A stretch of 24,000 nucleotides of DNA. It comes from Spirochaetaceae bacterium. GTDB taxonomy: Bacteria > Spirochaetota > Spirochaetia > Treponematales > Rectinemataceae. Of this stretch, positions 1 through 9,132 are shown in pieces. The stretch is taken from assembly GCA_025356015.1 (NCBI GenBank), contig JANXYO010000119.1, forward strand, positions 22,033-46,032, given 5' to 3'. Each line of letters opens with the position of its first letter. The first letter of the stretch is position 1. Made by a program: the position numbers and the translations under genes. The notes under the pieces are model-generated. The model saw only the letters and a list, made by a program, of their open reading frames with translations, ran no database searches and was not told the origin of the DNA.

Positions 1-1
1 C

Positions 2-232
2 ATCGAGGGTCTGGCCGATGATCAGGGCCAGCAGTCTGCCTCGGTCGAGGCGGCGATGAAGAGCATCGTGGGCGCCTCGCGGCGGATTGACGAGGCCGTG
101 CGCGCCCAGGCCTCCACGAACGAGTCCCTCGCCTCCCTCGTGGAGGCCGTCGCCTCGGAGGCGCGTGCCAACGCAGCCGCCGTGGGCGAGCTTGGAGTCG
201 CCGCGGCGAAGTTCAAGCTCGACTCGGCCTAA
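2..232 (+). CDS. methyl-accepting chemotaxis protein, C-terminal fragment (5' end lies outside the window)
   Basis: Frame is open from the window edge (nt 2) to TAA at 230-232. Translation IEGLADDQGQQSASVEAAMKSIVGASRRIDEAVRAQASTNESLASLVEAVASEARANAAAVGELGVAAAKFKLDSA is the Ala/Ser/Glu-rich coiled-coil tail typical of MCP signalling domains. It is absent from the ORF track because the start is off-window. The antisense ORF 22..216 looks like a shadow ORF. Confidence 0.7.
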   Translation: MEGLADDQGQQSASVEAAMKSIVGASRRIDEAVRAQASTNESLASLVEAVASEARANAAAVGELGVAAAKFKLDSA

Positions 233-244
233 GAGTCCTGTGCC

Positions 245-1738
245 CTAGCGCTTCCCCATCCGGATGTAGTCGCCCGCGTTGACCGATTGCAGGAGGGCCG
301 GCGTGGCCAGGGCGACCCAGCTGATCCTTCCCTCGAGCACATACTTCCTGAACGCCGCGGCGACCTGGGCCGCCGTGACATCGGGGAGGCTCTCGGCCTG
401 GAGGAGGTAGTCAGCGCTATTCCCCGAGGCGATCATCGATTCGGCGATGCGGGTGGCGACCGAGGCGTTCGACCTCCAGGATTCGTAGAGCTGGCCCTCG
501 AGGAGGGCCTTGTACATGGGCAGGGCATCCTCGAGGCTGGTGCGCCGATTCTCCCCGTGCTTCGCCTCGGGATCGTCGGTGGCGACCTCTCCCGCTGCCA
601 TCGAGGCGGCCGCCTCGTCTATGTAGGCCTTGATCTTCCCGGGGGAGCTCGTCTTGAACATCGCTATCGTGCCGAAGTTCGCCGCCCTTGACCGTATGTA
701 GGCGCCGGGGGTGTAGACGGCGCCGTACTTGTCCCTGACGATCGCATTGAGCAGATCCTCAAACATCATCATCGACAGCCGCAAGGGGAGGTAGTCCGGA
801 TGGGAGGGCCCCGGCGCGGCGAAATTTCCGAGGACATAGCCGACGCCCTTGGCCTGGGGGAAGGGGAAGGTCTGGAGCCCTTCGTCCTCGGGCACGAAGG
901 CGGGAGCCGCGGCGGGCAGGGGGAAGAGCCGGTCAGGGATCCGCCCAAGACCCCATTCGAGATCCCAGCGCAGCTTCCAGGGATCGAGCTTGCCGACGGC
1001 GACCACGAACATGCGGTTCGCCGAGAAGGCTGTCGAATACCAGGCCTTCACGGACTCGAGCTTCACATTCTCGATGGACTCAAGGCTGCCTTCGGGATCG
1101 ACCGAGAAGGGATGGCCGCGGAAGAAGGCCGCGTTGGCAAGGTCGGTGGTCCTCGACCAGGGGTCCCGGGCCCTGCTCTCGAGGCCGAGCCGGGCCTGGG
1201 TCACCATCTGGGTGAAGTCGGCCTTCTCGAGGGCCGGGGCAGAGAGGGTCTCGGCCCAGGCGGGCAGTGTCCGCTTGAGGTACTTATCGAGGGTGTTCAG
1301 ACTGTAATAGGAGGCCTCGAGGCTGGTGCTGACCTTGATGCTCGTGCTCGTCTCGTCGAGCAGGGCCTGGAGCTCGCGGTGGGGATAGCTGCGGGAACCG
1401 CGCGCCATGGTCTTGAGGGCGAGGGACTCTGTCCCCGCCGACTCCCTGGATGCGACCAGGGATCCGCCCCTGATGACGAGGAGGATATGGGCCACATGGC
1501 TCGAGGGGTTGCTCTTCACGATGACGGGGATGCCGTTGCTCAGCTTGAAGGTCGTGAAGGAGGGGAGGTTGTCCTCGACATACTGGGTGAAGGCGGACTC
1601 CGAGGCCTGTTCCTCGGGACTCTCGAAATCCTCTCCCAGGTAGACCGGTGCCGGGCGGCCTGGGCTCGCGCAAGAAGCAAAGCCGAGGAGGGCCAGGGCG
1701 ATCAGGGCCGCGGCGCCGTGCATGGTGGCGCTTCTCAT
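245..1738 (-). CDS. M16-family peptidase, non-catalytic (no HxxEH) subunit, probable lipoprotein
   Basis: 500-aa ORF with M16/insulinase-like two-domain layout. The position of the zinc motif reads ESLALKTMARG, with no His. N-terminus MRSATMHGAAALIALALLGFASC resembles a lipobox signal. I prefer ATG 1738 over the track's GTG 1747 because it forms an ATGA overlap with the upstream stop (1735-1737). Confidence 0.85.
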   Translation of the reverse strand: MRSATMHGAAALIALALLGFASCASPGRPAPVYLGEDFESPEEQASESAFTQYVEDNLPSFTTFKLSNGIPVIVKSNPSSHVAHILLVIRGGSLVASRESAGTESLALKTMARGSRSYPHRELQALLDETSTSIKVSTSLEASYYSLNTLDKYLKRTLPAWAETLSAPALEKADFTQMVTQARLGLESRARDPWSRTTDLANAAFFRGHPFSVDPEGSLESIENVKLESVKAWYSTAFSANRMFVVAVGKLDPWKLRWDLEWGLGRIPDRLFPLPAAAPAFVPEDEGLQTFPFPQAKGVGYVLGNFAAPGPSHPDYLPLRLSMMMFEDLLNAIVRDKYGAVYTPGAYIRSRAANFGTIAMFKTSSPGKIKAYIDEAAASMAAGEVATDDPEAKHGENRRTSLEDALPMYKALLEGQLYESWRSNASVATRIAESMIASGNSADYLLQAESLPDVTAAQVAAAFRKYVLEGRISWVALATPALLQSVNAGDYIRMGKR

Positions 1739-3231
1739 TTCTGCCACCAGAAGGCGTTGTCCGCGCCCACCTTCTCGTAGGCTCCTTGCCCGGGCTTCGC
1801 CGTCTCGTTGGCGGCCAGCCAGGCCGAATCAACCCTGATCGCCACGGCCTCGGGCCTGTCGGCCAGATAGCGCTTGAGGAACCTCACCAGCTGGTCCTCC
1901 TTCACCTTGAGACAGTTGCTCTCGTAGCCGAGGAAATAATCGGTCCCGGCGACGGCCCACCAGAAGCTCAGCACATCGGTGATGAACCTGCCCGTGTCCT
2001 CGAGCATGATGGCATTCCGGTCGACGAGCTTGTTTTTGGCGCTCCGCAGGGCGCCGGCGGGGAAGAAGGCCACGGGGTCCCTGGCGACGAGGGCCAGCTC
2101 CTCGTCGAGGGCCAGCCTGAGGCGCTCCGCACGTTCGCCCAGGGGCGCGTCTGTGGCTGGATCCCCAAGCTTGAGGACTGCGGAGAAATAGAAGGTGGAG
2201 CCGTCCCTCGAGGTCGGATAGTGGAAGCTGATGTACTCGGGGTTGAGGAGGTCGGGATCCTTCTTCATGAGGTCGATCTTGAACCTGCCGATGGGCGAGG
2301 CTATGAGGTTGAAGAGGACGTCGGCGATGTAGGTGTCGGAAGCCTGCTTGATGACATCGGGGGCCCGCCAGCGGAACTGCACCTGGGCGAGGCCCTTGTA
2401 GAAGCTGTCATCGGGATAGACGATCTCCACCCTGGAGGCGGCAGGCTCCTGGCCCGCCGTGACGAGGGTCGGGGCGCCTCGTCCCTTCCATTCTCCGAAC
2501 CATCGCTGGGCGAGGGCAAAGACAGCCTCGCTCTCCACGTCGCCACCGATCATGAGAGCCGCATTCTGGGGGATGTACCAGGAGTCGCGGATGGCCTCGA
2601 GCTGGGCGACAGTCGCCCCTTGCACGTTGGACTCCGGGCCGTCGATGTTCTTGCGCCAGGGCGCGAAGGGGAAGACCCGCTTCGTGACCGCGTTTTCCAT
2701 GATCGCGTTGGGGTCGGCATGGACACCGCGGATCTCGTCGAGGACGACCTTCTTCTCGACCTCGAGCTTGGCCTCGTTGAAGACTGGCTTCTCGATTGCC
2801 CATGACCAGAACTCGATTCCCTCGCCGAGCCTCTCGGAGGGAATCGAGATGAAGTAGTTGATGAATTCGTCGCTGGTCGCCCCGTTCCAGTCCGAGGCCC
2901 CGAGCCTGTTGAGGCCCGCCCTGAATGCGGCCTGTGAGGGATACTTCTCGTTCCCGTCGAACATCATGTGCTCGTAAAGGTGGAAAAGGCCCGCGTTCTT
3001 CTCGTCCTGGGCGATCGCCCCGCCCCTGAACACGATGCAGACCGTGGCGAGGGGGACTGAATGGTCGGGCACCACGAAGACCTCGAGGCCGTTGGCCAGG
3101 GTCCTGTGGGCGATGGAGCCTGGGGCCCTGGGCGGCGTCCCCTTCGCCACGCCCTCCTCGGAAGAAAGGTAAGGAGAGGAAAGCCATGCCAAGGCGAGGA
3201 GGATCGCCCCGAGGCGTCCGACCGCCCTCAT
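1735..3231 (-). CDS. M16-family zinc peptidase, catalytic subunit (HxxEH)
   Basis: 498 aa with an N-terminal signal-like segment MRAVGRLGAILLALAWLSS. The inverted zinc-binding motif H-L-Y-E-H sits in GLFHLYEHMMFDGNEKY. Translationally coupled to the downstream inactive paralogue. Confidence 0.9.
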   Translation of the reverse strand: MRAVGRLGAILLALAWLSSPYLSSEEGVAKGTPPRAPGSIAHRTLANGLEVFVVPDHSVPLATVCIVFRGGAIAQDEKNAGLFHLYEHMMFDGNEKYPSQAAFRAGLNRLGASDWNGATSDEFINYFISIPSERLGEGIEFWSWAIEKPVFNEAKLEVEKKVVLDEIRGVHADPNAIMENAVTKRVFPFAPWRKNIDGPESNVQGATVAQLEAIRDSWYIPQNAALMIGGDVESEAVFALAQRWFGEWKGRGAPTLVTAGQEPAASRVEIVYPDDSFYKGLAQVQFRWRAPDVIKQASDTYIADVLFNLIASPIGRFKIDLMKKDPDLLNPEYISFHYPTSRDGSTFYFSAVLKLGDPATDAPLGERAERLRLALDEELALVARDPVAFFPAGALRSAKNKLVDRNAIMLEDTGRFITDVLSFWWAVAGTDYFLGYESNCLKVKEDQLVRFLKRYLADRPEAVAIRVDSAWLAANETAKPGQGAYEKVGADNAFWWQK

Positions 3232-3575
3232 GCCGTGAGGGCCTTCAGGAAGCCGGTCCTGTCTATGAAATTCGTCGCCTTCACGAACTTCCCGCTACGG
3301 TAGTAGCGGACATAGGGGACCTCCCTATTGCCGAAGGTGTCCTCCTTGAAGGCCATAAAGGGCTCGAAAAAGTCCTCGTTGTCATATTCCACAAAGAAGA
3401 TCTCGCGGCCCGGCTCGTCGCCGATCTGCTCGAGATAGGACCGCATCCACTGCCATTGGACGCACCAACTCTGGGTGAGGACAACGGCCACTGCGGGCGC
3501 CGCCCCCGTGATCGATTCCGGGAAGTCACCCTGTTCCACTGCGTCGAGACATTCCTGGGACTTCAGTTTCTTCAC
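3228..3575 (-). CDS. thioredoxin-fold protein with a single Cys (SWCVQW in place of WCxxC)
   Basis: 115 aa. AVVLTQSWCVQWQ followed by a beta-alpha-beta-like pattern resembles thioredoxin or YtxJ-like monothiol proteins. GTG start at 3575 is preceded by AAGGGAG. ATGA overlap with the M16 start (3228-3231). Confidence 0.55.
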   Translation of the reverse strand: MKKLKSQECLDAVEQGDFPESITGAAPAVAVVLTQSWCVQWQWMRSYLEQIGDEPGREIFFVEYDNEDFFEPFMAFKEDTFGNREVPYVRYYRSGKFVKATNFIDRTGFLKALTA

Positions 3576-3640
3576 GCTTGCTCCCTTGCGGCTTCGGATC
3601 GGTCAGGACGCCCAGCGGTTTCGGCCACGCCCCACACGGT

Positions 3641-3669
3641 AGTATAGGCCCTTTGAGGGAAATGGTCAA
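3641..3669 (-). promoter_or_regulatory. sigma70-like promoter for the trx-like/M16/M16 operon
   Basis: Minus strand reads TTGACC-(17 nt)-TATACT, about 60 nt upstream of the GTG at 3575. Confidence 0.5.
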
Positions 3670-3697
3670 TTTCTCCAAAATATCCTCAAGCCAGACC

Positions 3698-5323
3698 CTA
3701 GTCCTCACCCATCGAGGGGTGTCGCCAGGCAAGGGGCGGATCGAAATTTTCCTTAACCACGCAGGCGCTTGCCCAGCGGAGGAGGTTCCCCGCAGTTCCA
3801 GCCTTGTCGTTGGTGCCCGAGGCCCTCATCCCGCCAAAGGGCTGCCTGCCAACGACAGCCCCCGTGGGCTTGTCGTTGACATAGAGGTTGCCAGCCGAAT
3901 GCCTGAGGGCCAGTAGGGATGTGGCTATGTCGCGGCGATCACGGGCGAAGACCGCCCCGGTGAGGGCATAGGGCGAGGTCGTGTCGACGAGCCTGAGGGC
4001 CGAGGCGATGTCGCCTTCATCGTAGATGTAGACCGAGAGCACCGGGCCGAATATCTCCTCGCTCATCGCCGCGCAGCGGGGCTCGGCGCAGACCAGGAGG
4101 GTCGGCTCGATGAAGAAGCCCTCGGAACTGTCCCCCCTGCCGCCGGCCAGGAAGCGGCCGCCGGGTCGGACGGCCTCGATGCGGGCCATGATCGCTTCGA
4201 AGGCCGTTTCATCGATCACCGCACCGAGGAAATTGCGGAAATCGGTGACCTTGCCCATGGGAAGGGCGCGGACCTCCTCGGCCAGGCCGTCGAGGAAGGC
4301 CCTCGCTGTCGACTTGGGCACATAGAGGCGGGAGGCGGCCGAGCACTTCTGTCCCTGGTATTCATAGGCCCCCCTGATGATGGCCACTCGTGCGGCCTCG
4401 AGGTCGGCACTCGGATGGAGGAACACAAAGCCCTTCCCGCCCGTTTCCCCGACAATGCGGGGATAGGACCGGTATCGCTCGAGTCCCTCGCCTATCCCCT
4501 TCCACAGACCGCGGAACACCGCTGTCGAGCCGGTGAAGTGAAGGCCAGCGAAAAGGGGATGGGCCAGGACGACTTCCGATATCTCCTTGCCGCTGCCGGG
4601 CAGGAAATTGATGACCCCGGGGGGGAGTCCCGCCTCCTCATAGATCTGCATGAGAACCCAGTTCGAGAGAACCGATGTCGAGGCGGGCTTCCACAAGACG
4701 ACGTTGCCCATGAGGGCGGGGGCCGCGGCGAGGTTCGCTCCGAGGGCGGTAAAATTAAAGGGGCTGACCGCGTACACGAAGCCCTCAAGGGGACGGTAGC
4801 TTGTGCGGTTCCATTCGGCAGGGGCGTCGGCGGGCTGGTCGGCGTAGGCCTCGGCCATGGCGGCGGCCCCGAAACGGAAGAAATCGGCCACCTCGCAGGC
4901 CGAGTCAATCTCAGCCTGGCCCACGGTCTTGCACTGGCCCAGCATCGTCGCCGCGACGATCCGGGCGCGCCGGCTCCCAGACACAAGCTCGGCCGCCCGG
5001 CGGAAGACCGCCGCCCTCTCCTCCCAGGGCAGAGCTTCCCACTCCTGCTTCGCCGCGAGGGCGGCCTCGATCGCGGTCTTGGCCTCGGCAGGGCCAGCGG
5101 CGTGGTAGCTGCCGAGCTCTGTCCCCCTCTCGTCGGGACGGATGATGGGCCGTTTCCGACCCGTCCATACGCTCCTGCCGCCTATCAGGCAGGGGATCTC
5201 TATGCGTGATGCCAGCACTGTCCCCAGCTCGGCCTCGAGAGCTGCGCGCTCGGGGGAGCCGGGAGCATACCCCAGGGCCACCTCGTTCCGGGGGAGGGCG
5301 GGCCTGTATATTGAGTCGTTCAT
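3698..5323 (-). CDS. pruA: L-glutamate gamma-semialdehyde (1-pyrroline-5-carboxylate) dehydrogenase, aldehyde dehydrogenase superfamily
   Basis: 541 aa. ALDH hallmarks are present: VGETGGKGF (catalytic Glu region), EYQGQKCSAASRLYVP (catalytic Cys), FTGSTAVF. Length and N-terminal region are typical of stand-alone P5CDH (PruA/RocA type). Confidence 0.85.
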   Translation of the reverse strand: MNDSIYRPALPRNEVALGYAPGSPERAALEAELGTVLASRIEIPCLIGGRSVWTGRKRPIIRPDERGTELGSYHAAGPAEAKTAIEAALAAKQEWEALPWEERAAVFRRAAELVSGSRRARIVAATMLGQCKTVGQAEIDSACEVADFFRFGAAAMAEAYADQPADAPAEWNRTSYRPLEGFVYAVSPFNFTALGANLAAAPALMGNVVLWKPASTSVLSNWVLMQIYEEAGLPPGVINFLPGSGKEISEVVLAHPLFAGLHFTGSTAVFRGLWKGIGEGLERYRSYPRIVGETGGKGFVFLHPSADLEAARVAIIRGAYEYQGQKCSAASRLYVPKSTARAFLDGLAEEVRALPMGKVTDFRNFLGAVIDETAFEAIMARIEAVRPGGRFLAGGRGDSSEGFFIEPTLLVCAEPRCAAMSEEIFGPVLSVYIYDEGDIASALRLVDTTSPYALTGAVFARDRRDIATSLLALRHSAGNLYVNDKPTGAVVGRQPFGGMRASGTNDKAGTAGNLLRWASACVVKENFDPPLAWRHPSMGED

Positions 5324-5422
5324 CGTATGCGCTGCCTCATATATAGAAGATACACCTCAAGGCCCCCACTTCTACGACACAAAACACGAGAGCCGGGGCC
5401 CGTGATCCGCGAAAAAGTTCCG

Positions 5423-6127
5423 ATGTTGACAAGCCGGGCCTACCGCGCGATCCTGAGGGCCATGAACACCACCACCTTCTTCACCCGCGCCAGCATCGCG
5501 GCCCTGGCCATCGTCCTCATGGCCGCCATCGCCGGCGGAGCCGTGCTCGCCCAGGCCGCTTCGGTCAAGGCGAGCGTCCAGTACCTCGACGGAAACGTGA
5601 AGATCAACGGCAAGCCGGCCGAGATCGGCCAGGCCCTTGGCGCCAAGTTCAGCGTTGAGACGGGTCCGGGCTCTGCCTGCGATGTGGTATTTGGGGGCAG
5701 GAACAGCTTCAGGGTTTCCCAGAATGCCTTCGTCACGGTGGACTTCTCGAAGCGGGCGCCAGAATTCGAGCTCAGGAAGGGTGGCCTTACCTCGGTCCTC
5801 AAAAAGCTCGATGCCATCGCCGGGCAGGACAGCTACAGGGTGCGAACGCCGACGGCGATCGCCGGGGTCCGTGGTACCTCCTTCTGCATCTGGGCCGACG
5901 AGACCTCGACCTATGTCTGCGCCTGCAACGGCACGGTGCGCACCCTGGACGCCAAGGGGGGGCACGAGCTCGGCCTCACTGCCGCCCACCACACGGCCCG
6001 CATCTATTCGGTCGCGAACGGAACGACCAGCGTGGCCGAGGCGGGCGTCCTCCACCACGACGACGCCCTTGTCCAGGCTGTGGCCAACGAGATCGGCTAC
6101 ACGGTGGACTGGACAGTGGCCGACTAG
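5423..6127 (+). CDS. FecR-domain protein with N-terminal membrane anchor or signal
   Basis: Hydrophobic IAALAIVLMAAIAGGAVLAQA, then a FecR-like beta-rich region (VQYLDGNVKINGKPA...RVRTPTAIAGVRGTSF). The track start 5327 would abut the divergent pruA start (5323), so ATG 5423 (or 5462) is more plausible. Confidence 0.65.
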   Translation: MLTSRAYRAILRAMNTTTFFTRASIAALAIVLMAAIAGGAVLAQAASVKASVQYLDGNVKINGKPAEIGQALGAKFSVETGPGSACDVVFGGRNSFRVSQNAFVTVDFSKRAPEFELRKGGLTSVLKKLDAIAGQDSYRVRTPTAIAGVRGTSFCIWADETSTYVCACNGTVRTLDAKGGHELGLTAAHHTARIYSVANGTTSVAEAGVLHHDDALVQAVANEIGYTVDWTVAD

Positions 6128-6180
6128 AGCTCTCGGGACCCTCGATCGGTTCGAGGCCGCCCTCCTCTCGGCCTCGCGGC

Positions 6181-6209
6181 TTGAGCAAAGCTCCGCATGG
6201 GCGTAGACT
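6181..6209 (+). promoter_or_regulatory. sigma70-like promoter for the yjjI operon
   Basis: TTGAGC-(17 nt)-TAGACT. The -10 element ends 10 nt before ATG 6220, and no Shine-Dalgarno is visible in between. Confidence 0.45.
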
Positions 6210-6219
6210 CTAGAGCATC

Positions 6220-7746
6220 ATGGACAGCGCAGAAACCACGATCCGGGACAGGGGCCTCAGTTACCGGCAAAAGGCAGCAGCTCTCGCCCGCCTGGGCGAA
6301 GAGCGCATCGCTCCCTTGCACATCTCGAGGCGGACCGAGGAGCTGCGCTCGGCTCGCGTCGTCTGCGACCTCATGGAAGGGCCAGCCCCCTGGCGTCCGC
6401 GCTACATCCTCCCCGATTACGAGGCCTATTTCCGCAAGGGCTCGGAATTCCTTCGGATCGAGGCTCCCCGCGACCTCCTTGGCGCTGTCTTCGCCCTGCT
6501 CTCGATCTACCGCCAGATCCCCTCGATCACCGGCTATCCCGTCTGGCTGGGCGACCTCGATTCCCTGCTCGAGCCCTTCGCCCTTCCCAACGAGTCTGAC
6601 GGCCTTGCGCCCGAGCAGGACAGGATACTGCGCATGTTCATGGAGCAGATCGACCGCGACCTGCCCGACTCCTTCTGCCACGCAGACCTCGGCCCCCGCG
6701 CCACCCGAGTCGGCAGGGCCATACTCCGCCACCAGCGCGGAGCGGCCCGCGCCGTGCCGAACCTGAGCCTGCGCTATGACAGCGAGCTCACCGAGGACAG
6801 CTTCGCCGAGGAGGCCGCGTCCTGCGCCCTCGACTGCGCCAAGCCGAGCTTCGCCAACCACCGCCTCTTCCAGGCAGACTTCGACGCTCTGGGACTGGGT
6901 CCCTATGCCATTGCCAGCTGCTACAACGGTCTGCCCGTCGGAGGGGGCAGCTGCACCCTCGTGCGCCTCAACCTGGCCGCCTTCGCCTCAAATGCCCGAG
7001 TCAGTGGAATGAGTCCCGAGGACTTCATCTCCGGCCCCCTGGCGGAGGCTGTCGCCTCGGTTCTCGAATACATCCAGGAGCGTGTGCGCTTCGTCATGAG
7101 GGAGTCGGGTTTCTTCGAATCGTCCTTTCTCGCCGCCGAAGGGATCATCGACCCCTCGAGATTCACCGCGATGTTTGGCCTGGTCGGGCTGGCCGAGTGC
7201 GTCAACGCCCTCCTTGCAGGGCGGGGAGCTCGCTTCGGCCACGACAGGGCAGCCGACGAGCTCGGCATGGCGATCCTCGGCGAGATCAACCGCCTGGTCG
7301 CCGCCCACCGCGATCCCAACCTCAAGGCGTCCGGTGGCCGCTACCTGCTCCATGCCCAGGTGGGCATCGATTCCGATTCGGGCGTATCACCGGGCTGCAG
7401 GATTCCCATCGGCGAGGAGCCTCCCCTGCCCCAGCACCTTCTTCGCTCCGCGCCCTTCCACGGACCCTTCGTGGCCGGCACGGGTGACGTCTTCGCCTTC
7501 GAGCCGACAGCCCGCGCCAACCCCGGCCAGATCGTCGATGCTGTGAAGGGTTTCTTCGCCCTCGGCGGCCGCTACTTCTCCTGCTACGCCGCCGACTCCG
7601 ATGTCATCAGGGTCACAGGCTACCTGGTCAAGCGCTCCGAGGTCGAGCGGCTCCGCCACGGCGAGGTCGTGCCCAACGCCTCGACTGTCCTCGGCAAGAA
7701 CGCCATCGACAACCTCAAGGTCCTGGACAGGGCGATCAGGCGATGA
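6220..7746 (+). CDS. yjjI: short glycyl-radical enzyme, YjjI-like family (substrate unknown)
   Basis: 508 aa. The C-terminal DSDVIRVTGYLVKR matches the glycyl-radical fingerprint RVxG[FY] (Gly467, nt 7618-7620), about 40 aa from the C-terminus. Directly followed by, and overlapping, a GRE-activase gene. Size fits YjjI (about 500 aa) rather than PFL-type GREs (about 750-850 aa). Confidence 0.65.
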   Translation: MDSAETTIRDRGLSYRQKAAALARLGEERIAPLHISRRTEELRSARVVCDLMEGPAPWRPRYILPDYEAYFRKGSEFLRIEAPRDLLGAVFALLSIYRQIPSITGYPVWLGDLDSLLEPFALPNESDGLAPEQDRILRMFMEQIDRDLPDSFCHADLGPRATRVGRAILRHQRGAARAVPNLSLRYDSELTEDSFAEEAASCALDCAKPSFANHRLFQADFDALGLGPYAIASCYNGLPVGGGSCTLVRLNLAAFASNARVSGMSPEDFISGPLAEAVASVLEYIQERVRFVMRESGFFESSFLAAEGIIDPSRFTAMFGLVGLAECVNALLAGRGARFGHDRAADELGMAILGEINRLVAAHRDPNLKASGGRYLLHAQVGIDSDSGVSPGCRIPIGEEPPLPQHLLRSAPFHGPFVAGTGDVFAFEPTARANPGQIVDAVKGFFALGGRYFSCYAADSDVIRVTGYLVKRSEVERLRHGEVVPNASTVLGKNAIDNLKVLDRAIRR

Positions 7747-8618
7747 TGGGCCTGGTCCCCGGGCCTGAGGGCGCCGCGGTCCGAGGCGAGGTCGCGCGCA
7801 TCCTTCCCTTTAGTGCTGTGGACGGTCCCGGCAACCGGGGAGTCGTATTCCTCCAGGGCTGCGACTTCGGCTGCGGCTATTGCCACAATCCCGAGACCAG
7901 GATGGCCTGCGCGCTCTGCGGGGCCTGCATCGGCGCCTGCCCCGAATCGGCCCTTAGCGGAGGACCGGGCTCGAGGCCAGCCTGGGACCGGTCCCGTTGC
8001 CGCGACTGCGGCTCCTGCGTGGCCGCCTGCTCCCATGGCAGCTCTCCCAAGGTCAGGAGCATGGAAGCCCGGGAGGCCCTGGACGAGCTCGAGCCTTACA
8101 GGCCCTTCCTGCGCGGGATAACAGTCTCGGGCGGCGAGTGCCTCCTCCAGTCGGATTTCCTGGCCGAGCTTCTTGAGCAGGGAAGGGCTCGGGGCCTTCC
8201 CGGCCTTGTCGACACCAACGGCTCGAGGCCCCTCGCCTCCCTGCCCCGGATCACCTCGGCCGCCGAGGGCTTCATGCTCGATGTGAAGGCCTGGAACGAG
8301 GCCGAGCACATTGCCCTCACCGCCTCGAGCAACTCGACCGTCCTTCAGAACCTCGGCTTCCTCGCCAGACAGGGCTCCCTCTTCGAAGTCCGCACCGTCA
8401 TTGTCCCCGGCTCCTTCGACCTCGAAGAGACGGTGCGCGAGACTTCCGCGGTCCTCGCCGCGGCGCGATCGATGGCCCGCTACCGCCTCATCCGCTACCG
8501 GCCCTGGGGCGTTAGGCCCGAGCGCGCCGCTGCCCTCAGCGAGCCCGACGAGGATCTCATGGCGAGGCTTGCCGCCCTGGCGCTTGCGCAGGGCGCGGCT
8601 TCGGTGCTTGTATCATGA
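7743..8618 (+). CDS. yjjW: glycyl-radical enzyme activating protein (radical SAM), YjjW-like
   Basis: 291 aa. Activase N-terminus SAVDGPGNRGVVFLQGCDFGCGYCHNPE carries CX3CX2C at nt 7860-7883. Two additional ferredoxin-type motifs: CALCGACIGACP (7908-7940) and CRDCGSCVAAC (7998-8030). GGEC SAM-binding-like motif in TVSGGECLL. ATGA overlap with yjjI. Confidence 0.85.
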   Translation: MMGLVPGPEGAAVRGEVARILPFSAVDGPGNRGVVFLQGCDFGCGYCHNPETRMACALCGACIGACPESALSGGPGSRPAWDRSRCRDCGSCVAACSHGSSPKVRSMEAREALDELEPYRPFLRGITVSGGECLLQSDFLAELLEQGRARGLPGLVDTNGSRPLASLPRITSAAEGFMLDVKAWNEAEHIALTASSNSTVLQNLGFLARQGSLFEVRTVIVPGSFDLEETVRETSAVLAAARSMARYRLIRYRPWGVRPERAAALSEPDEDLMARLAALALAQGAASVLVS

Positions 8619-9130
8619 GCATGAAGACGCTCATAGCATATTCGACCCGCTACGGCTCGACCGCGAAGACCGCGGCCCTCCTCGCGCAGACCCTTGCGCA
8701 GACCGATGGCCGGGAAGTGACGGTGGTCGACGCGCGAAGGGTCGATCGTGCCGGGATTGAGACCAATGACAATTTCATCGTGGGCTCCTCGATAGCGATG
8801 GGCCGCTGGAAGCGAGGCGCCTTGAGGCTCATCGAGACTCTCGCCAGGGAGGACAAGCCGGTCGCCGTCTTCGTGACTGCAGGCGGGACCCTCTCTGGCA
8901 GGGAACCGGGGTCGGGAGCCGATGCAGCGCCAAAGGGTTCCCTCGAGGAGCGCGAGGCGGCCGCGGTGTCGCTCTACCTTCGGCCCGTCGTCGATGCTTC
9001 TGGCCTCAGGCCGGTGGCACAGGCGGCTTTCGGCGGACGCTTCGCCTTCTTCGGGAAGCTCGTCCTGGACAACTGGGATCCCGAGCGCGTCCGCCTCTGG
9101 GCCGCGTGCCTTGCCTCGGTGCTCCGCTAG
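8615..9130 (+). CDS. flavodoxin-like domain protein
   Basis: 171 aa. N-terminal KTLIAYSTRYGSTAKTA is the flavodoxin/HemG-like FMN phosphate-binding loop pattern, followed by NFIVGSSI and VAVFVTAGG strands. ATGA overlap with the activase gene. Confidence 0.7.
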   Translation: MSMKTLIAYSTRYGSTAKTAALLAQTLAQTDGREVTVVDARRVDRAGIETNDNFIVGSSIAMGRWKRGALRLIETLAREDKPVAVFVTAGGTLSGREPGSGADAAPKGSLEEREAAAVSLYLRPVVDASGLRPVAQAAFGGRFAFFGKLVLDNWDPERVRLWAACLASVLR

Positions 9131-9132
9131 AG

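Noticed and set aside
800-2805. Long plus-strand ORFs (800..1780, 326 aa; 1648..2805, 385 aa) opposite the M16 peptidase genes
   Set aside because: Their translations are low-complexity and rich in Gly, Arg, Glu and Pro, with no recognisable motifs. They lie fully antisense to genes with strong family signatures. These are typical shadow ORFs of GC-rich DNA.
3698-7746. Functional link between P5C dehydrogenase (pruA) and the glycyl-radical enzyme, by analogy to hydroxyproline dehydratase producing P5C
   Set aside because: The genes are on opposite strands and are separated by the fecR-like gene. The GRE here is the short YjjI type, not the roughly 790-aa HypD type. There is no sequence support for the link.
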